Shown in pieces: positions 10,047 through 19,851 of a stretch of DNA of 64,000 nucleotides (position 1 is its first letter; each line of letters starts with the position of its first letter). A program made the translations under genes and the position numbers. Source of the stretch: Endomicrobiales bacterium (GTDB taxonomy: Bacteria > Elusimicrobiota > Endomicrobiia > Endomicrobiales > JALOBY01); NCBI GenBank assembly GCA_963796955.1, contig CAWCNJ010000008.1:224001-288000 (forward strand). The letters are read 5' to 3'. The notes below the pieces were generated by a model. That model searched no databases, had not been told where the DNA came from, and worked only from the letters and a program-made list of their open reading frames with translations.

Positions 10047-10487
10047 ATGGAACGCACCTGCGTAATAGTTAAGCCCGACGGCGTCTGCAAGAACAACGCC
10101 GGCGCGGTCATTGCCCGGCTACAGCAGGACGGATTAAAGCTGCTCGCGATCAAAATGGAAAAACCAAGTCGCGGTAAAATAGAAGAGTTTTACGAAGTAC
10201 ACAAAGGCAAACACTTTTTCCCTGCACTGATAGATTTCATGGCATCGGCGCCATTGATAGTTACCGCGTGGGAAGGCAAAGGCGCCGTAAAGAAAGTGCG
10301 AGAAACAATAGGGGCAACGAACTCCCTTGAGGCGGCACCCGGCACGCTACGCAGGATGTACGGCACGGACGGCAGACGCAACCTGGTACATGCCTCGGAT
10401 TCACCGGAGAACGGTTTACGCGAGACCCGCTTTTTCTTTTCCGAAAGTGAGATCTTCGAATACGGTTGTGACGACTGGAACATATAA
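10047..10487 (+). CDS. ndk: Nucleoside diphosphate kinase
   Basis: ERT..IVKPDGV, GATN...APGTLR, NLVHASDS. Confidence 0.95.
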   Translation: MERTCVIVKPDGVCKNNAGAVIARLQQDGLKLLAIKMEKPSRGKIEEFYEVHKGKHFFPALIDFMASAPLIVTAWEGKGAVKKVRETIGATNSLEAAPGTLRRMYGTDGRRNLVHASDSPENGLRETRFFFSESEIFEYGCDDWNI

Positions 10488-10496
10488 GGAAATATC

Positions 10497-11699
10497 ATGA
10501 AAGTATTGGTAATAAACAGCGGCTCATCTTCACTGAAATATACGCTCTATGAAACTGACGGTGAACAACGGCTTGCCAAGGGCCTTGTGGAATGCATCGG
10601 CCTGCCGGAAGCCTATTACAAACATCAGGTGGCGAAGAACGAAGAGATCAAGGAAAGCTGCATTGCTAAAAATCACGTAAACGCCCTCACACTCGTACTT
10701 AACAAACTAATGGACCCGGCAAGCAAACTAATAGCGAACCCCCAGGAGATCGGCTGCGTCGGTCACAGAGTAGTACACGGCGGCGAAAAATTCTCGAAAC
10801 CGGTCCTTATCAATGAAGAGGTTCTCAATGATATCAGGGCCTGCTCTATACTTGCCCCGCTGCATAACCCGCAGAACATTCAGGGCATAGAAGCCTGCCA
10901 ATCCCTGTTGCCAGGTGTTCCCCAGGTAGCCATATTCGATACGGCATTCCACCAGACCATACCGAATTTCGCCTTCCTCTACGCTCTACCGTACGCGATC
11001 TACGAGAAACAGAACATTCGCCGCTATGGTTTCCACGGCACTTCGCATGAATATGTCGCACAGCGCGCGGCAGCCATGCTGGGCCGGCCCTTTAACGAGC
11101 TGAAGCTCATCACCTGTCACCTGGGCAATGGCTGCAGCATAGCCGCTATTGAAAATGGGAAGTCGGTTGATACATCCATGGGGTTAACGCCTCTTGAAGG
11201 TCTGGTCATGGGTACCCGGTGCGGGGATGTGGACCCCGCCATCGTTATGCATTTAATAGAAAATGAGAAAATGACCAGCCCGGAAGTGAATACGCTGCTT
11301 AATAAGAAAAGCGGCCTCTACGGCCTTTCAGGCTTGACCAATGATATGCGCACAGTGCTGAACGCCGCCTCGGCTGGTTCTGAGCGGGCCAAGATAGCGG
11401 TGGAGGTATTCTGCTACAGAGCCAGGAAGTACATAGCCTCCTATCTGGGCGTGCTTAATGGCGCTGATGCAGTGATCTTTACTGCCGGTGTTGGCGAGAA
11501 TTGCCCTACGATACGCGAAAAGATAGTATTAAAGCTCAGCAACCTTGGGATAGAGCTGGACCCGGAGGCGAACATGGCACCTTTAACCGGTGAACGGACG
11601 ATATCGAAAGCCGGTTCCCGCGTGAAACTGCTGGTTATACCAACCAACGAAGAGCTGATGATCTCCCGCCAGGCTATAAACGTCTTGACAAATAAGTAG
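10497..11699 (+). CDS. ackA: Acetate kinase
   Basis: INSGSSSLK, GHRVVHGG, APLHNP, RRYGFHGTSH, PTNEE. Confidence 0.97.
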   Translation: MKVLVINSGSSSLKYTLYETDGEQRLAKGLVECIGLPEAYYKHQVAKNEEIKESCIAKNHVNALTLVLNKLMDPASKLIANPQEIGCVGHRVVHGGEKFSKPVLINEEVLNDIRACSILAPLHNPQNIQGIEACQSLLPGVPQVAIFDTAFHQTIPNFAFLYALPYAIYEKQNIRRYGFHGTSHEYVAQRAAAMLGRPFNELKLITCHLGNGCSIAAIENGKSVDTSMGLTPLEGLVMGTRCGDVDPAIVMHLIENEKMTSPEVNTLLNKKSGLYGLSGLTNDMRTVLNAASAGSERAKIAVEVFCYRARKYIASYLGVLNGADAVIFTAGVGENCPTIREKIVLKLSNLGIELDPEANMAPLTGERTISKAGSRVKLLVIPTNEELMISRQAINVLTNK

Positions 11700-11712
11700 A
11701 TAATGGAATATA

Positions 11713-12168
11713 ATGAGCGAACTTAAAATACACACAGTCCTTCTGAAAAATGAAGGCAAAATTGAAAAAACAGTTGAAGGCTACCGCTGCGCGAGCATTG
11801 AAGATGTAGTCAAGGCTCAAAGTTTCACTATAAGCTATGAAGCCTCACTGGCCGGTGAAGAGTACCTGCTGCAGGGGAAAGTAAGCGGCACTATCTTATT
11901 GAACTGCGGTAAATGTCTCAAGGATTTTGAACTGTCTGTCAAAGATATATCTTTTGTACAGTCTTACGAGCTAACCACGGTAGAGATCGATGTCGATGAA
12001 GAGATACGACAGGCGATCGTATTGGGTATACCCCAGCATCCGGTATGCACCGAGCTGTGCAAAGGACTGTGCCCGATGTGCGGCACGGACTTGAATGTGA
12101 GAACATGCTGTTGTCATAAGGAAAAACAGACGGACGCGAGATGGGATAAGCTGAAAAAATTGTTGTAA
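11713..12168 (+). CDS. yceD: YceD/DUF177 family protein
   Basis: CGKCL, C..LCKGLCPMCG.DLN, D.RW..L; lies before rpmF. Confidence 0.88.
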   Translation: MSELKIHTVLLKNEGKIEKTVEGYRCASIEDVVKAQSFTISYEASLAGEEYLLQGKVSGTILLNCGKCLKDFELSVKDISFVQSYELTTVEIDVDEEIRQAIVLGIPQHPVCTELCKGLCPMCGTDLNVRTCCCHKEKQTDARWDKLKKLL

Positions 12169-12192
12169 AGCATCTATAAAGGAGCTCGACCA

Positions 12193-12423
12193 ATGCCAAA
12201 TCCCAAAAAGAAACATAGCCAAAGTCGCCGCGATTCACGCCGCGCAGCCAACTGGCGCGTAACAGCAGGTAACGCAAGCAAATGTCCCCAGTGCAGCGCA
12301 GCCCGCATGCCGCACCGTGTGTGCCCTTCCTGCGGTTTCTACAACGGCGAACTTATTGTCGCTAAGAAAGAAAAAAAATCCACCACCCCTGAACAGGGAC
12401 AAAACCCCGAGGCCTCTAAATAA
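12193..12423 (+). CDS. rpmF: 50S ribosomal protein L32
   Basis: MPNPKKKHS.SRRD.RR, CPQC..PHRVCPSCGFY. Confidence 0.97.
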   Translation: MPNPKKKHSQSRRDSRRAANWRVTAGNASKCPQCSAARMPHRVCPSCGFYNGELIVAKKEKKSTTPEQGQNPEASK

Positions 12424-13434
12424 ATGCGCCTGGCCCTGGACGCAATGGGCGGCGATCATGCCCCGGCGGTCACCATTGCCGGTGCACTATTGGCCGCAAG
12501 AGAATTCTCCTATGATATAGTGCTTGTGGGTCCTGAAAAAATAATCAGGGAAGAACTCGCAAAGCATAAAAACATAGGAAGCCTGCCAATAACGGTCGTC
12601 AATGCCGATGAAGTTATCGGTATGGACGAAAATCCGGCGCTGGCGGTGCGGCAAAAGAAAAATTCTTCCATGGCAGTAGCCGCCAGAATGGTGGCGGACG
12701 GCAAGGCGGACGCTTTTGTTTCAGCGGGTAATTCCGGCGCTGCTATGGCCACGTCCCTTTTCACAATGGGCAGGATCCCGGGTGTAAGCCGGCCGGCTAT
12801 CACCACATTGTTCCCGACCCTCAGGGGTATGAGCGCGGTGCTGGACGTGGGTGCTAACGTGGATTGCAAACCGATGCATCTGCAGCAGTTCGCCATCATG
12901 GGGAAATTGTATTACAAAGATGTTTTTGGCGTTGAAAACCCGAAAGTGGGGCTGCTCTCCATAGGCGAGGAAGATTCTAAAGGCAATGAACTTTCTCTGG
13001 CGACCTTCGATCTGCTGAAAAAAACCAACGATCTGAATTTCATAGGCAACGTAGAAGGACGGGATATCCCGAAAGGCACGGCAGATGTCGTTATTTGCGA
13101 CGGCTTTGTCGGCAATATCGTGCTCAAACTTGCCGAGGGCATCGGCGAAATGATGTTTTCATTAATAAAGAACGGGATGAAGGCACACCCGTTCGCCTGG
13201 GCAGGCATTCCATTTCTCTGGGCCGCGCTGAAGGATATTAAAAAACGCGTGGATCCCAGCGAGTACGGCGGCGCGCCGCTGCTTGGGGTGGATGGTATTT
13301 GTATCATCGGTCACGGCGGTTCAAACGAAAAAGCGATCAAGAACGCCCTGCGCGCTGCTGCACGCGCCGCACAGGCAAAAGTACATATCGACATTGCCGA
13401 AGAAATAAAAAAATACGGGGTTATGGATAACTAA
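12424..13434 (+). CDS. plsX: Phosphate acyltransferase PlsX
   Basis: DAMGGDHAP, SAGNSGA, LDVGANVD, DGFVGN, YGGAPLLG. Confidence 0.97.
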   Translation: MRLALDAMGGDHAPAVTIAGALLAAREFSYDIVLVGPEKIIREELAKHKNIGSLPITVVNADEVIGMDENPALAVRQKKNSSMAVAARMVADGKADAFVSAGNSGAAMATSLFTMGRIPGVSRPAITTLFPTLRGMSAVLDVGANVDCKPMHLQQFAIMGKLYYKDVFGVENPKVGLLSIGEEDSKGNELSLATFDLLKKTNDLNFIGNVEGRDIPKGTADVVICDGFVGNIVLKLAEGIGEMMFSLIKNGMKAHPFAWAGIPFLWAALKDIKKRVDPSEYGGAPLLGVDGICIIGHGGSNEKAIKNALRAAARAAQAKVHIDIAEEIKKYGVMDN

Positions 13435-13435
13435 C

Positions 13436-14422
13436 ATGGCTAATTACGGCGTAAAAATCCTGGGGACCGGCTCTTACGCCCCGGAAAAAATTTTAACGAA
13501 CGGTGATCTGGAAAAAATGGTCCAGACAACGGACGAATGGATAACCACCCGCACGGGTATTAAAGAAAGGCGCATCGCCAAAGACAGCGAAGCGACGTCC
13601 GATATCGCGATCCCTGCGGCCCTTGAAGCTATCAAGGAAGCCGGCATAACCGCGCAGGATATAGACCTTATTATGGTCGCGACCATAACCCCCGATATGA
13701 TATTTCCTTCAACCGCCTGTATGGTGCAGCGCGCGCTTGGCGCGGTGAACGCCGCATCCTTCGACCTGGCGGCCGCCTGCACCGGCTTTGTGTACGGCCT
13801 GAACATAGCCAGGGGCTTCATTGAAAGCGGTATATATAAGAACATATTATTAATAGGGGCGGAAACGCTTTCTAAAATAACCGATTGGCAGGACCGCAAC
13901 ACGTGCGTGCTTTTCGGTGACGGAGCCGGTGCTATGGTACTCGGCCGTAAAGAAGGCACTTCCGATATACTCTCGGTATTTCTTGGCTCCGACGGTAACT
14001 ACGAAAATCTGCTTAAGTTGCCGGCTGGCGGTTCGCGCATGCCCGCAACCGAAAAGACTATCGCTGAGCGGTTGCACTTCATGAAAATGGAAGGCAAGGA
14101 AGTTTTTAAAGTGGCGGTTACCAAAATGGCGCACGCTGCCGAGAAAGCGCTTGAGATAGCCGGCAAGAAACCCAATGACCTCGCTTTGATCATACCGCAC
14201 CAAGCGAACCTCCGTATCATAGACGCGATCGCCAAGCGCATGGAATTCCCCAAAGAGAAAGTTTGCATCACGCTTAATAAATACGGCAATGTCTCGGCCG
14301 CGACAACCATTGTTGCCCTTCATGAAGCCAGGAAGGAAGGCCGTGTCAAAGCAGGAGACCTGGTTGAGCTGGTGGCGTTCGGCGGCGGCTTCACCTGGGG
14401 TGCTGCGGTAATACAGCTATGA
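13436..14422 (+). CDS. fabH: 3-oxoacyl-ACP synthase III
   Basis: AACTGF, FGDGAGA, PHQAN.RI, GNVSAA, FGGGFTWG. Confidence 0.97.
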   Translation: MANYGVKILGTGSYAPEKILTNGDLEKMVQTTDEWITTRTGIKERRIAKDSEATSDIAIPAALEAIKEAGITAQDIDLIMVATITPDMIFPSTACMVQRALGAVNAASFDLAAACTGFVYGLNIARGFIESGIYKNILLIGAETLSKITDWQDRNTCVLFGDGAGAMVLGRKEGTSDILSVFLGSDGNYENLLKLPAGGSRMPATEKTIAERLHFMKMEGKEVFKVAVTKMAHAAEKALEIAGKKPNDLALIIPHQANLRIIDAIAKRMEFPKEKVCITLNKYGNVSAATTIVALHEARKEGRVKAGDLVELVAFGGGFTWGAAVIQL

Positions 14423-15369
14423 AAAAACTGGCATTCATGTTCCCGGGCCAGGGTGCCCAGACAGTTGGGATGGGAAAGGACCTTTACGATACGTATCCTG
14501 CCGCAAAAGAAGTATTTGATACGGCCAATGAAGTACTTGGCTTCGATCTGAAAAAGATCGTTTTTGAAGGCCCGGATGAAACGCTTAAGCTTACTCAATA
14601 TACACAACCGGCTATATTTACTACCAGTATAGCGGCATTCAAAGCATTCACGACTCTTTTTCCGCTTGATACCTGCGAATGCGCTTTTGCCGGCCATTCA
14701 CTGGGTGAATATTCAGCGTTGTGCGCTGGCGGCGCCTTCTCGCTTGAAGACGGATTGCGTATGGTAAAAGCCCGTGGGGAATACATTCAAAAAGCAGCGC
14801 TGGACAACCCTGGAACGATGGCGGCAATAATCGGTCTTGATAAACTAAAAGTTGAAGAAGTGTGCAAAAACGCAAATGTATCGGGCATTTGTGAACCAGT
14901 TAACTACAACTCACCGGAACAAATAGTTATAGCCGGTTCCGCGACAGGCATAGAAAAAGCCGTCGCTCTTGCCACTGAAGCCGGTGCCTCAAAAGCTATC
15001 ATTCTTAATGTTTCGGGTCCGTTCCACTCAAGCCTTATGAGTTCAGCTGCATTGTTGATGCGCACCGAACTCGCCAAATACACATTTAACGATATAACAT
15101 ATCCGGTGTATATGAACTGTGACGCGGCAAGGACAACTGCTGCTTCGGAGATCCCCGCGAAACTGGTCACACAGATAGATCACCCGGTACTTTGGGACAC
15201 GGCTGTCAGGAATATGACCGCAGGCGGAGCTGAAACCTTTATTGAAATAGGCCCCGGCAGGGTACTTTGCGGACTGATCAGGCGCATCGACAAAACCAGA
15301 AAGTTTTTGAACATAGAAGATTCTGTCAGCATGGGTAAGTGCATGGCAGCTCTTGGATCTCAGATTTAA
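14419..15369 (+). CDS. fabD: Malonyl-CoA:ACP transacylase
   Basis: FPGQGAQ, TQPAI, GHSLGEYSA, VSGPFHS, EIGPG. Confidence 0.97.
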   Translation: MKKLAFMFPGQGAQTVGMGKDLYDTYPAAKEVFDTANEVLGFDLKKIVFEGPDETLKLTQYTQPAIFTTSIAAFKAFTTLFPLDTCECAFAGHSLGEYSALCAGGAFSLEDGLRMVKARGEYIQKAALDNPGTMAAIIGLDKLKVEEVCKNANVSGICEPVNYNSPEQIVIAGSATGIEKAVALATEAGASKAIILNVSGPFHSSLMSSAALLMRTELAKYTFNDITYPVYMNCDAARTTAASEIPAKLVTQIDHPVLWDTAVRNMTAGGAETFIEIGPGRVLCGLIRRIDKTRKFLNIEDSVSMGKCMAALGSQI

Positions 15370-15386
15370 AATTTCACATTTCAGAT
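15357..15386. repeat. Degenerate heptamer tandem repeat (ATTTCAG-like x4) over the fabD stop
   Basis: ATCTCAG ATTTAAA ATTTCAC ATTTCAG AT. Confidence 0.5.
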
Positions 15387-15410
15387 ATACAACAAACACA
15401 GGAGATCAAT

Positions 15411-16154
15411 ATGAGACTCAAAGATCAAGTAGCTATAGTCACCGGCGGCGCGCAGGGAATAGGCCGTTCGGTTTCAGAGGCCCTTGCGAAAGAAGGGGCG
15501 AACATTGTCGTAAGCGACATTAACCTTGAGGCGGCGCAAAAAACGGCCGATGAGATAAAGGTCAAATATAATGTAGAGACCCTTGCTGTCGCCGGAAACG
15601 TCGCTATATTCGCTGATTGCGAAAATCTTGTGCAAAAGTCGCTTGACAAATTTTCTAAAATAAATATACTTATTAACAATGCCGGCATCACCAAGGACAA
15701 TCTGGTGTTGCGCATGAGCGAAGCGGAGTGGGACTCGGTGATCTCGGTAAACCTTAAAGGCGTGTTCAACTGCACCAAGGCCGCGAGCAAGTTTTTATTA
15801 AAACAACGGTCCGGACGGATAGTGAATATTGCATCAGTTGTGGGCCTTATGGGTAATGCGGGACAGGCAAATTATTCAGCATCAAAGGGCGGCGTAATAG
15901 CCCTTACCAAAACCTGCGCGCGCGAGTTTTCATCCAGAGGCGTGCTGGTAAATGCGGTGGCGCCCGGTTTTATACGCACTGCAATGACCGATAAGCTGAG
16001 TGATGAACAGAAGAATAAACTAGCAGAACAGATCCCGCTGGGCCGCCTGGGCGAACCTGAAGATGTTGCCAAGGCGTGCGTTTTTCTCTCCAGCGACGAA
16101 TCGTCTTACATAACCGGACTGGTGGTATCGGTGAACGGCGGCATGTACATGTAA
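15411..16154 (+). CDS. fabG: 3-oxoacyl-ACP reductase
   Basis: TGGAQGIG, NNAGIT, YSASKGG, APGFI; AGGAG RBS. Confidence 0.97.
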   Translation: MRLKDQVAIVTGGAQGIGRSVSEALAKEGANIVVSDINLEAAQKTADEIKVKYNVETLAVAGNVAIFADCENLVQKSLDKFSKINILINNAGITKDNLVLRMSEAEWDSVISVNLKGVFNCTKAASKFLLKQRSGRIVNIASVVGLMGNAGQANYSASKGGVIALTKTCAREFSSRGVLVNAVAPGFIRTAMTDKLSDEQKNKLAEQIPLGRLGEPEDVAKACVFLSSDESSYITGLVVSVNGGMYM

Positions 16155-16196
16155 GAAGTTTCGGTGAAAAGGGGCTGTTCGTTTTTTGCGGGCAGA

Positions 16197-16214
16197 TTGT
16201 GAAATTTTTAACAA
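16197..16214. promoter_or_regulatory. Putative Rex operator upstream of acpP
   Basis: TTGTGAA-ATTT-TTAACAA, one mismatch to TTGTGAA-N4-TTCACAA. Confidence 0.55.
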
Positions 16215-16276
16215 GAAATGAGCAACAGCAATAAACCGGCGGGTAGTTTACCGGTCAATACCAAGGAGGCAGTATC

Positions 16277-16513
16277 ATGGCAGACATCGAAGCCAGAGTA
16301 AAAGAGATCATAGTTGAGCAATTGGGCGTCGACCCGGCTGAAGTCGTTACCGGAGCTTCTTTCGTAAATGACCTCGGAGCCGATTCACTCGACACCGTTG
16401 AGCTTGTCATGGCGTTCGAAGAAGAGTTCGGCATTGAAATTCCCGACGAAGACGCTGAAAAGATCCAGTCGGTTGGGCACGCAGTAGACTACATTAAAAC
16501 CCACAAGAAATAG
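16277..16513 (+). CDS. acpP: Acyl carrier protein
   Basis: [30 protein letters not shown]. Confidence 0.98.
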   Translation: MADIEARVKEIIVEQLGVDPAEVVTGASFVNDLGADSLDTVELVMAFEEEFGIEIPDEDAEKIQSVGHAVDYIKTHKK

Positions 16514-16524
16514 TTCCGCAGGTA

Positions 16525-16592
16525 CCGGCGGTGGTATAACGAACAGAGGATACTCTTTGGAGGGATCTTCTGTTCGTTATCATTGTCGCCGG
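16525..16592 (+). other. Long intercistronic stem-loop (mRNA processing/stability element)
   Basis: CCGGCG/CGCCGG outer stem plus ATAACGAACAGAGGAT/ATCTTCTGTTCGTTAT 16-bp inner stem; no U-tract. Confidence 0.65.
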
Positions 16593-16617
16593 CGCCGCGG
16601 CACAAACAGAGAGACCA

Positions 16618-17856
16618 ATGAGAAAGAAAATAGTCATCACCGGCATGGGAGTTGTTTCACCGATAGGTACAGGATTGGATGCTTTTCAGCAGGCTCTGCA
16701 TGAAGGCAAGTCCGGCGCGCACAAGATCGAATCGTTCGACGCCAGCGCTTTTTCTTCGCAAATATGTGCGGCCGTACGAGATTTCGTTCCCGAAAATTTT
16801 ATAGATAAGAAGAAAGCCCGCCGCATGGCGCGCTTTACGCAACTGGGCATGGCCGCCGCAAAAATGGCCATTGAAGACGCCGGTATAGATCTGTCAAAAC
16901 TTGACGCCACCCGTATCGGTGTTATCACCGGCACTGGTATCGGCGGCCTTGACGTTATAGAAGAAGAACACAAAGTGCTTCTGGAAAAAGGTCCTCGACG
17001 TGTAAGCCCTTTCCTTATACCCATGATAATTACGAATATGCTGCCGGGCGAGATAGCCATACAGCACGGTTTCCGCGGCCCCAATTATGCGGTTGCCAGC
17101 GCCTGCGCCTCTTCAAACCATGCTATTGGTGACGCACTGCGTCTGCTGCGTTACGGCGATGCCGACATGATGATAGTCGGCGGGGCGGAAGGCGCCATTA
17201 CACCGCTCGGACTGGGCGGTTTTTGCAGCATTAAAGCTCTCTCCACCCGTAATGACGACCCGGCGCACGCGTCGCGCCCGTTCGACAAGAACCGTGACGG
17301 TTTCCTGATGGGCGAGGGTGGCGGGATACTGGTGCTGGAGACTGAAGAACACGCGAAAAAGCGCGGAGCTAAAATATACGCCGAACTGGCAGGCTACGGT
17401 GCCTCTGACGACGCCTACCATATGACCGCCCCAAACCCTGAAGGTATAGCTGCGATTGACGCCTTTAAGCGCGCGATGGCGGATGCCGAAGTGACGATCA
17501 ATGATGTTGACTACATAAACGCTCACGGCACGTCGACAGAATTCAACGATAAGACGGAAACCTCCGCGATCAAGCAGCTGTTCGGCGAGCGCGCTTATAA
17601 GATACCCGTTTCCTCAACAAAGTCTATGACGGGCCATTTGCTGGGCGGCGCCGGAGCGGTGGAGCTTATTGCTACCGTGCTCTGTATGAACGCGGGCTTT
17701 ATACATCCGACAATAAATTATGAAACTCCGGACCCTGAGTGCGACCTTGACTATGTGCCGAACAAAGCGCGGGAACAAAAGTTCTCCTGCGCCATGTCGA
17801 ACTCGCTGGGTTTTGGCGGACATAACGCCACGATTATCGTTAAGAAATATGCCTAA
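16618..17856 (+). CDS. fabF: 3-oxoacyl-ACP synthase II
   Basis: SACASS, SRPFDKNRDGF, DAYHMTAP, NAHGTST, GHLLG, GFGGHN. Confidence 0.97.
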   Translation: MRKKIVITGMGVVSPIGTGLDAFQQALHEGKSGAHKIESFDASAFSSQICAAVRDFVPENFIDKKKARRMARFTQLGMAAAKMAIEDAGIDLSKLDATRIGVITGTGIGGLDVIEEEHKVLLEKGPRRVSPFLIPMIITNMLPGEIAIQHGFRGPNYAVASACASSNHAIGDALRLLRYGDADMMIVGGAEGAITPLGLGGFCSIKALSTRNDDPAHASRPFDKNRDGFLMGEGGGILVLETEEHAKKRGAKIYAELAGYGASDDAYHMTAPNPEGIAAIDAFKRAMADAEVTINDVDYINAHGTSTEFNDKTETSAIKQLFGERAYKIPVSSTKSMTGHLLGGAGAVELIATVLCMNAGFIHPTINYETPDPECDLDYVPNKAREQKFSCAMSNSLGFGGHNATIIVKKYA

Positions 17857-18544
17857 TCAGATCAAGAGCCTTGAAAAGGCTATTTCATATAAGTTCAAGG
17901 ATCCGGTCCTTGCGCAGAACGCTCTGACCCACAAATCGTACGCTACCGAGCAGGGTCTGAGCGAATTTAACGAGCGCATGGAGTTCCTGGGTGACAGCAT
18001 ACTGGGAGCCTCCGTTGCCGAGTTCCTATATAATAAGTATCCGAAGCAGGACGAAGGCCGCCTTTCACAGCTTAAATCGCAGATAGTATCACGGATCAAC
18101 TTAAGCAAGTGGGCAAAAGAGATAAAACTCGGCGCCTGCATGCTGATAAGCACCGGTGAGGAAGCCAGCGGCGGGCGCAATCGCGACTCGCTTCTGTCCA
18201 ACACCATGGAAGCGGTGATCGCCGCGATGTATCTGGACGGGGGATTTTCGACCGCCAGAGAATTTATCTTTAAGTATCTTGCGTCGCAGAAACGGCTTAT
18301 CGTCAGCGACTCAAAAAGTAAATTGCAGGAATATATGCAGTCGCAGTTCCAGACCCTCCCTGACTATAAAGTTGTTTCAGAATCAGGGCCCGACCATGAA
18401 AAGATATTTGAGATCGGCGTCATGCTGAAGGAAAAACTTCTGGGGACCGGTTCGGGAAAATCAAAGAAAGAAGCCGAGCAGGCAGCGGCCCGCAGCGCAC
18501 TCAGGGAAATTAATAAAGCAAAAAAAGCGACACAAAAGGCGTAG
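17849..18544 (+). CDS. rnc: Ribonuclease III
   Basis: ALTHKS, NERMEFLGDS, dsRBD KSKLQE..GPDH..SKKEAEQ. Confidence 0.96.
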   Translation: MPNQIKSLEKAISYKFKDPVLAQNALTHKSYATEQGLSEFNERMEFLGDSILGASVAEFLYNKYPKQDEGRLSQLKSQIVSRINLSKWAKEIKLGACMLISTGEEASGGRNRDSLLSNTMEAVIAAMYLDGGFSTAREFIFKYLASQKRLIVSDSKSKLQEYMQSQFQTLPDYKVVSESGPDHEKIFEIGVMLKEKLLGTGSGKSKKEAEQAAARSALREINKAKKATQKA

Positions 18545-18588
18545 GGCCGGTGTTCAGACCACGTTAACAAACAAGGAGAAATAAGTAA

Positions 18589-19753
18589 ATGGATTATTTC
18601 CTCAGCGATGAACAAAAAATGATGAAGGACCTGGCGAGAAAGATCGCGCAGGAAAAAATGAAACCGGTGCGCGAGCATTACGACGAAACCGGCGAGTTCC
18701 CCTGGCCGATAGTGAAAGAGCTTGCGCAGGCTGACCTGTGCGGCGTGTATATCGGTTCTGAATACGGCGGCTTTGGCGGCGGTATTCTTGACCTGGTCAT
18801 TGTTGTCGAGGAGCTTTGCAAGGTTGACGGCGGCGTGGCGCTGGCGCTTGCAGCAACCGCACTTGGTACCTTCCCGATACTTATCCATGGTTCTGAAGAA
18901 CAGAAAAAGAAATTTTTGCCGGATATAGCCTCAGGTAAAAAACTTGCGGCCTTCGGTCTTACCGAACCGGAAGCAGGTTCTGATGCGACCGGTATGCGGA
19001 CCAGGCCGCAAAACTTGAAGGTGATTTTTACGTGCTCAACGGCACGAAATGCTTTATAACCAACGCCGGCGAAGCAGAGACCTATACGGTATTCGCGAAA
19101 ACAAACCCGGCGCGGCGCCAGGGGCATTTCCTGCTTCATAGTTGAAAAAGGAACCATGGTTTTAATTCGGCAAGAAAGAGAATAAGATGGGCATCAGGGC
19201 TTCCTCCACGAGCGAACTGATATTCAATAACTGGATGATACCCAAGAGCAAATTTGCTGGTGGAAAAGAAGGTATGGGTTTGATAATCGCGCAGGCGACA
19301 CTGGATGCATTCACGCCCGGGTGTTGCGGCGCAGGCTCTCGGAATAGCGGCCGGTGCGCTTGATGAAGCCTTCGGCTTATTCAGGCAGCGCAAACAGTTC
19401 GGCCTGCCTATATGCAGTCTTTCCAGGCTGTCCAGCACATGATGGCAAATATGGCGGTTGAAGTCGAAGCCGCAAGATGCTCTGATGTATGCGGTCGCAA
19501 GGAACGTGGACTCAGGACCGTTGAAGATCTTGCCAAGGAATCGGCAATGGCAAAGTCTACGCTTCGGAAGTGGCGATGGGGGTGACCACTGACGCCGTCC
19601 AGATCTTCGGCGGATACGGTTACTGCGAGAGTACCCGGTAGAGAAAATGATGAGGGACGCGAAGATAACACAATATATGAAGGCACCAGCCAGATACAGC
19701 GTAACGAGATCGCATTATCATTGATAAAAGAAGCGGCAGCGAACAAGCAGTAA
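18589..19753 (+). pseudogene. Acyl-CoA dehydrogenase (Bcd/CarC-like), disrupted by roughly 10 or more indels in its 3' two-thirds (pseudogene or assembly error)
   Basis: Intact to TEPEAGSD; later motifs LNGTKCFITN, KMGIRAS, RKQFG, FQAVQH, QIFGGYG, MRDAKI, YEGTSQIQR fall in shifting frames; stop TAA at 19751-19753. Confidence 0.85.
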
Positions 19754-19776
19754 TCAAAATACATACTTAATATACA

Positions 19777-19817
19777 AGAAGGGCAACGGCACATCAAAAC
19801 AATGTCGTTGCCCTTCT
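19777..19817. other. 15-bp stem-loop between the acyl-CoA dehydrogenase and etfB
   Basis: AGAAGGGCAACGGCA / TGTCGTTGCCCTTCT (one G-U pair). Confidence 0.55.
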
Positions 19818-19851
19818 CAAAAGTACATGACACACCATATGAGGTAAAGCC

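Noticed and set aside
18990..19690. Programmed frameshifting or phase variation as the cause of the ACAD disruption
   Set aside because: Too many dispersed indels, not confined to a slippery site or simple repeat tract
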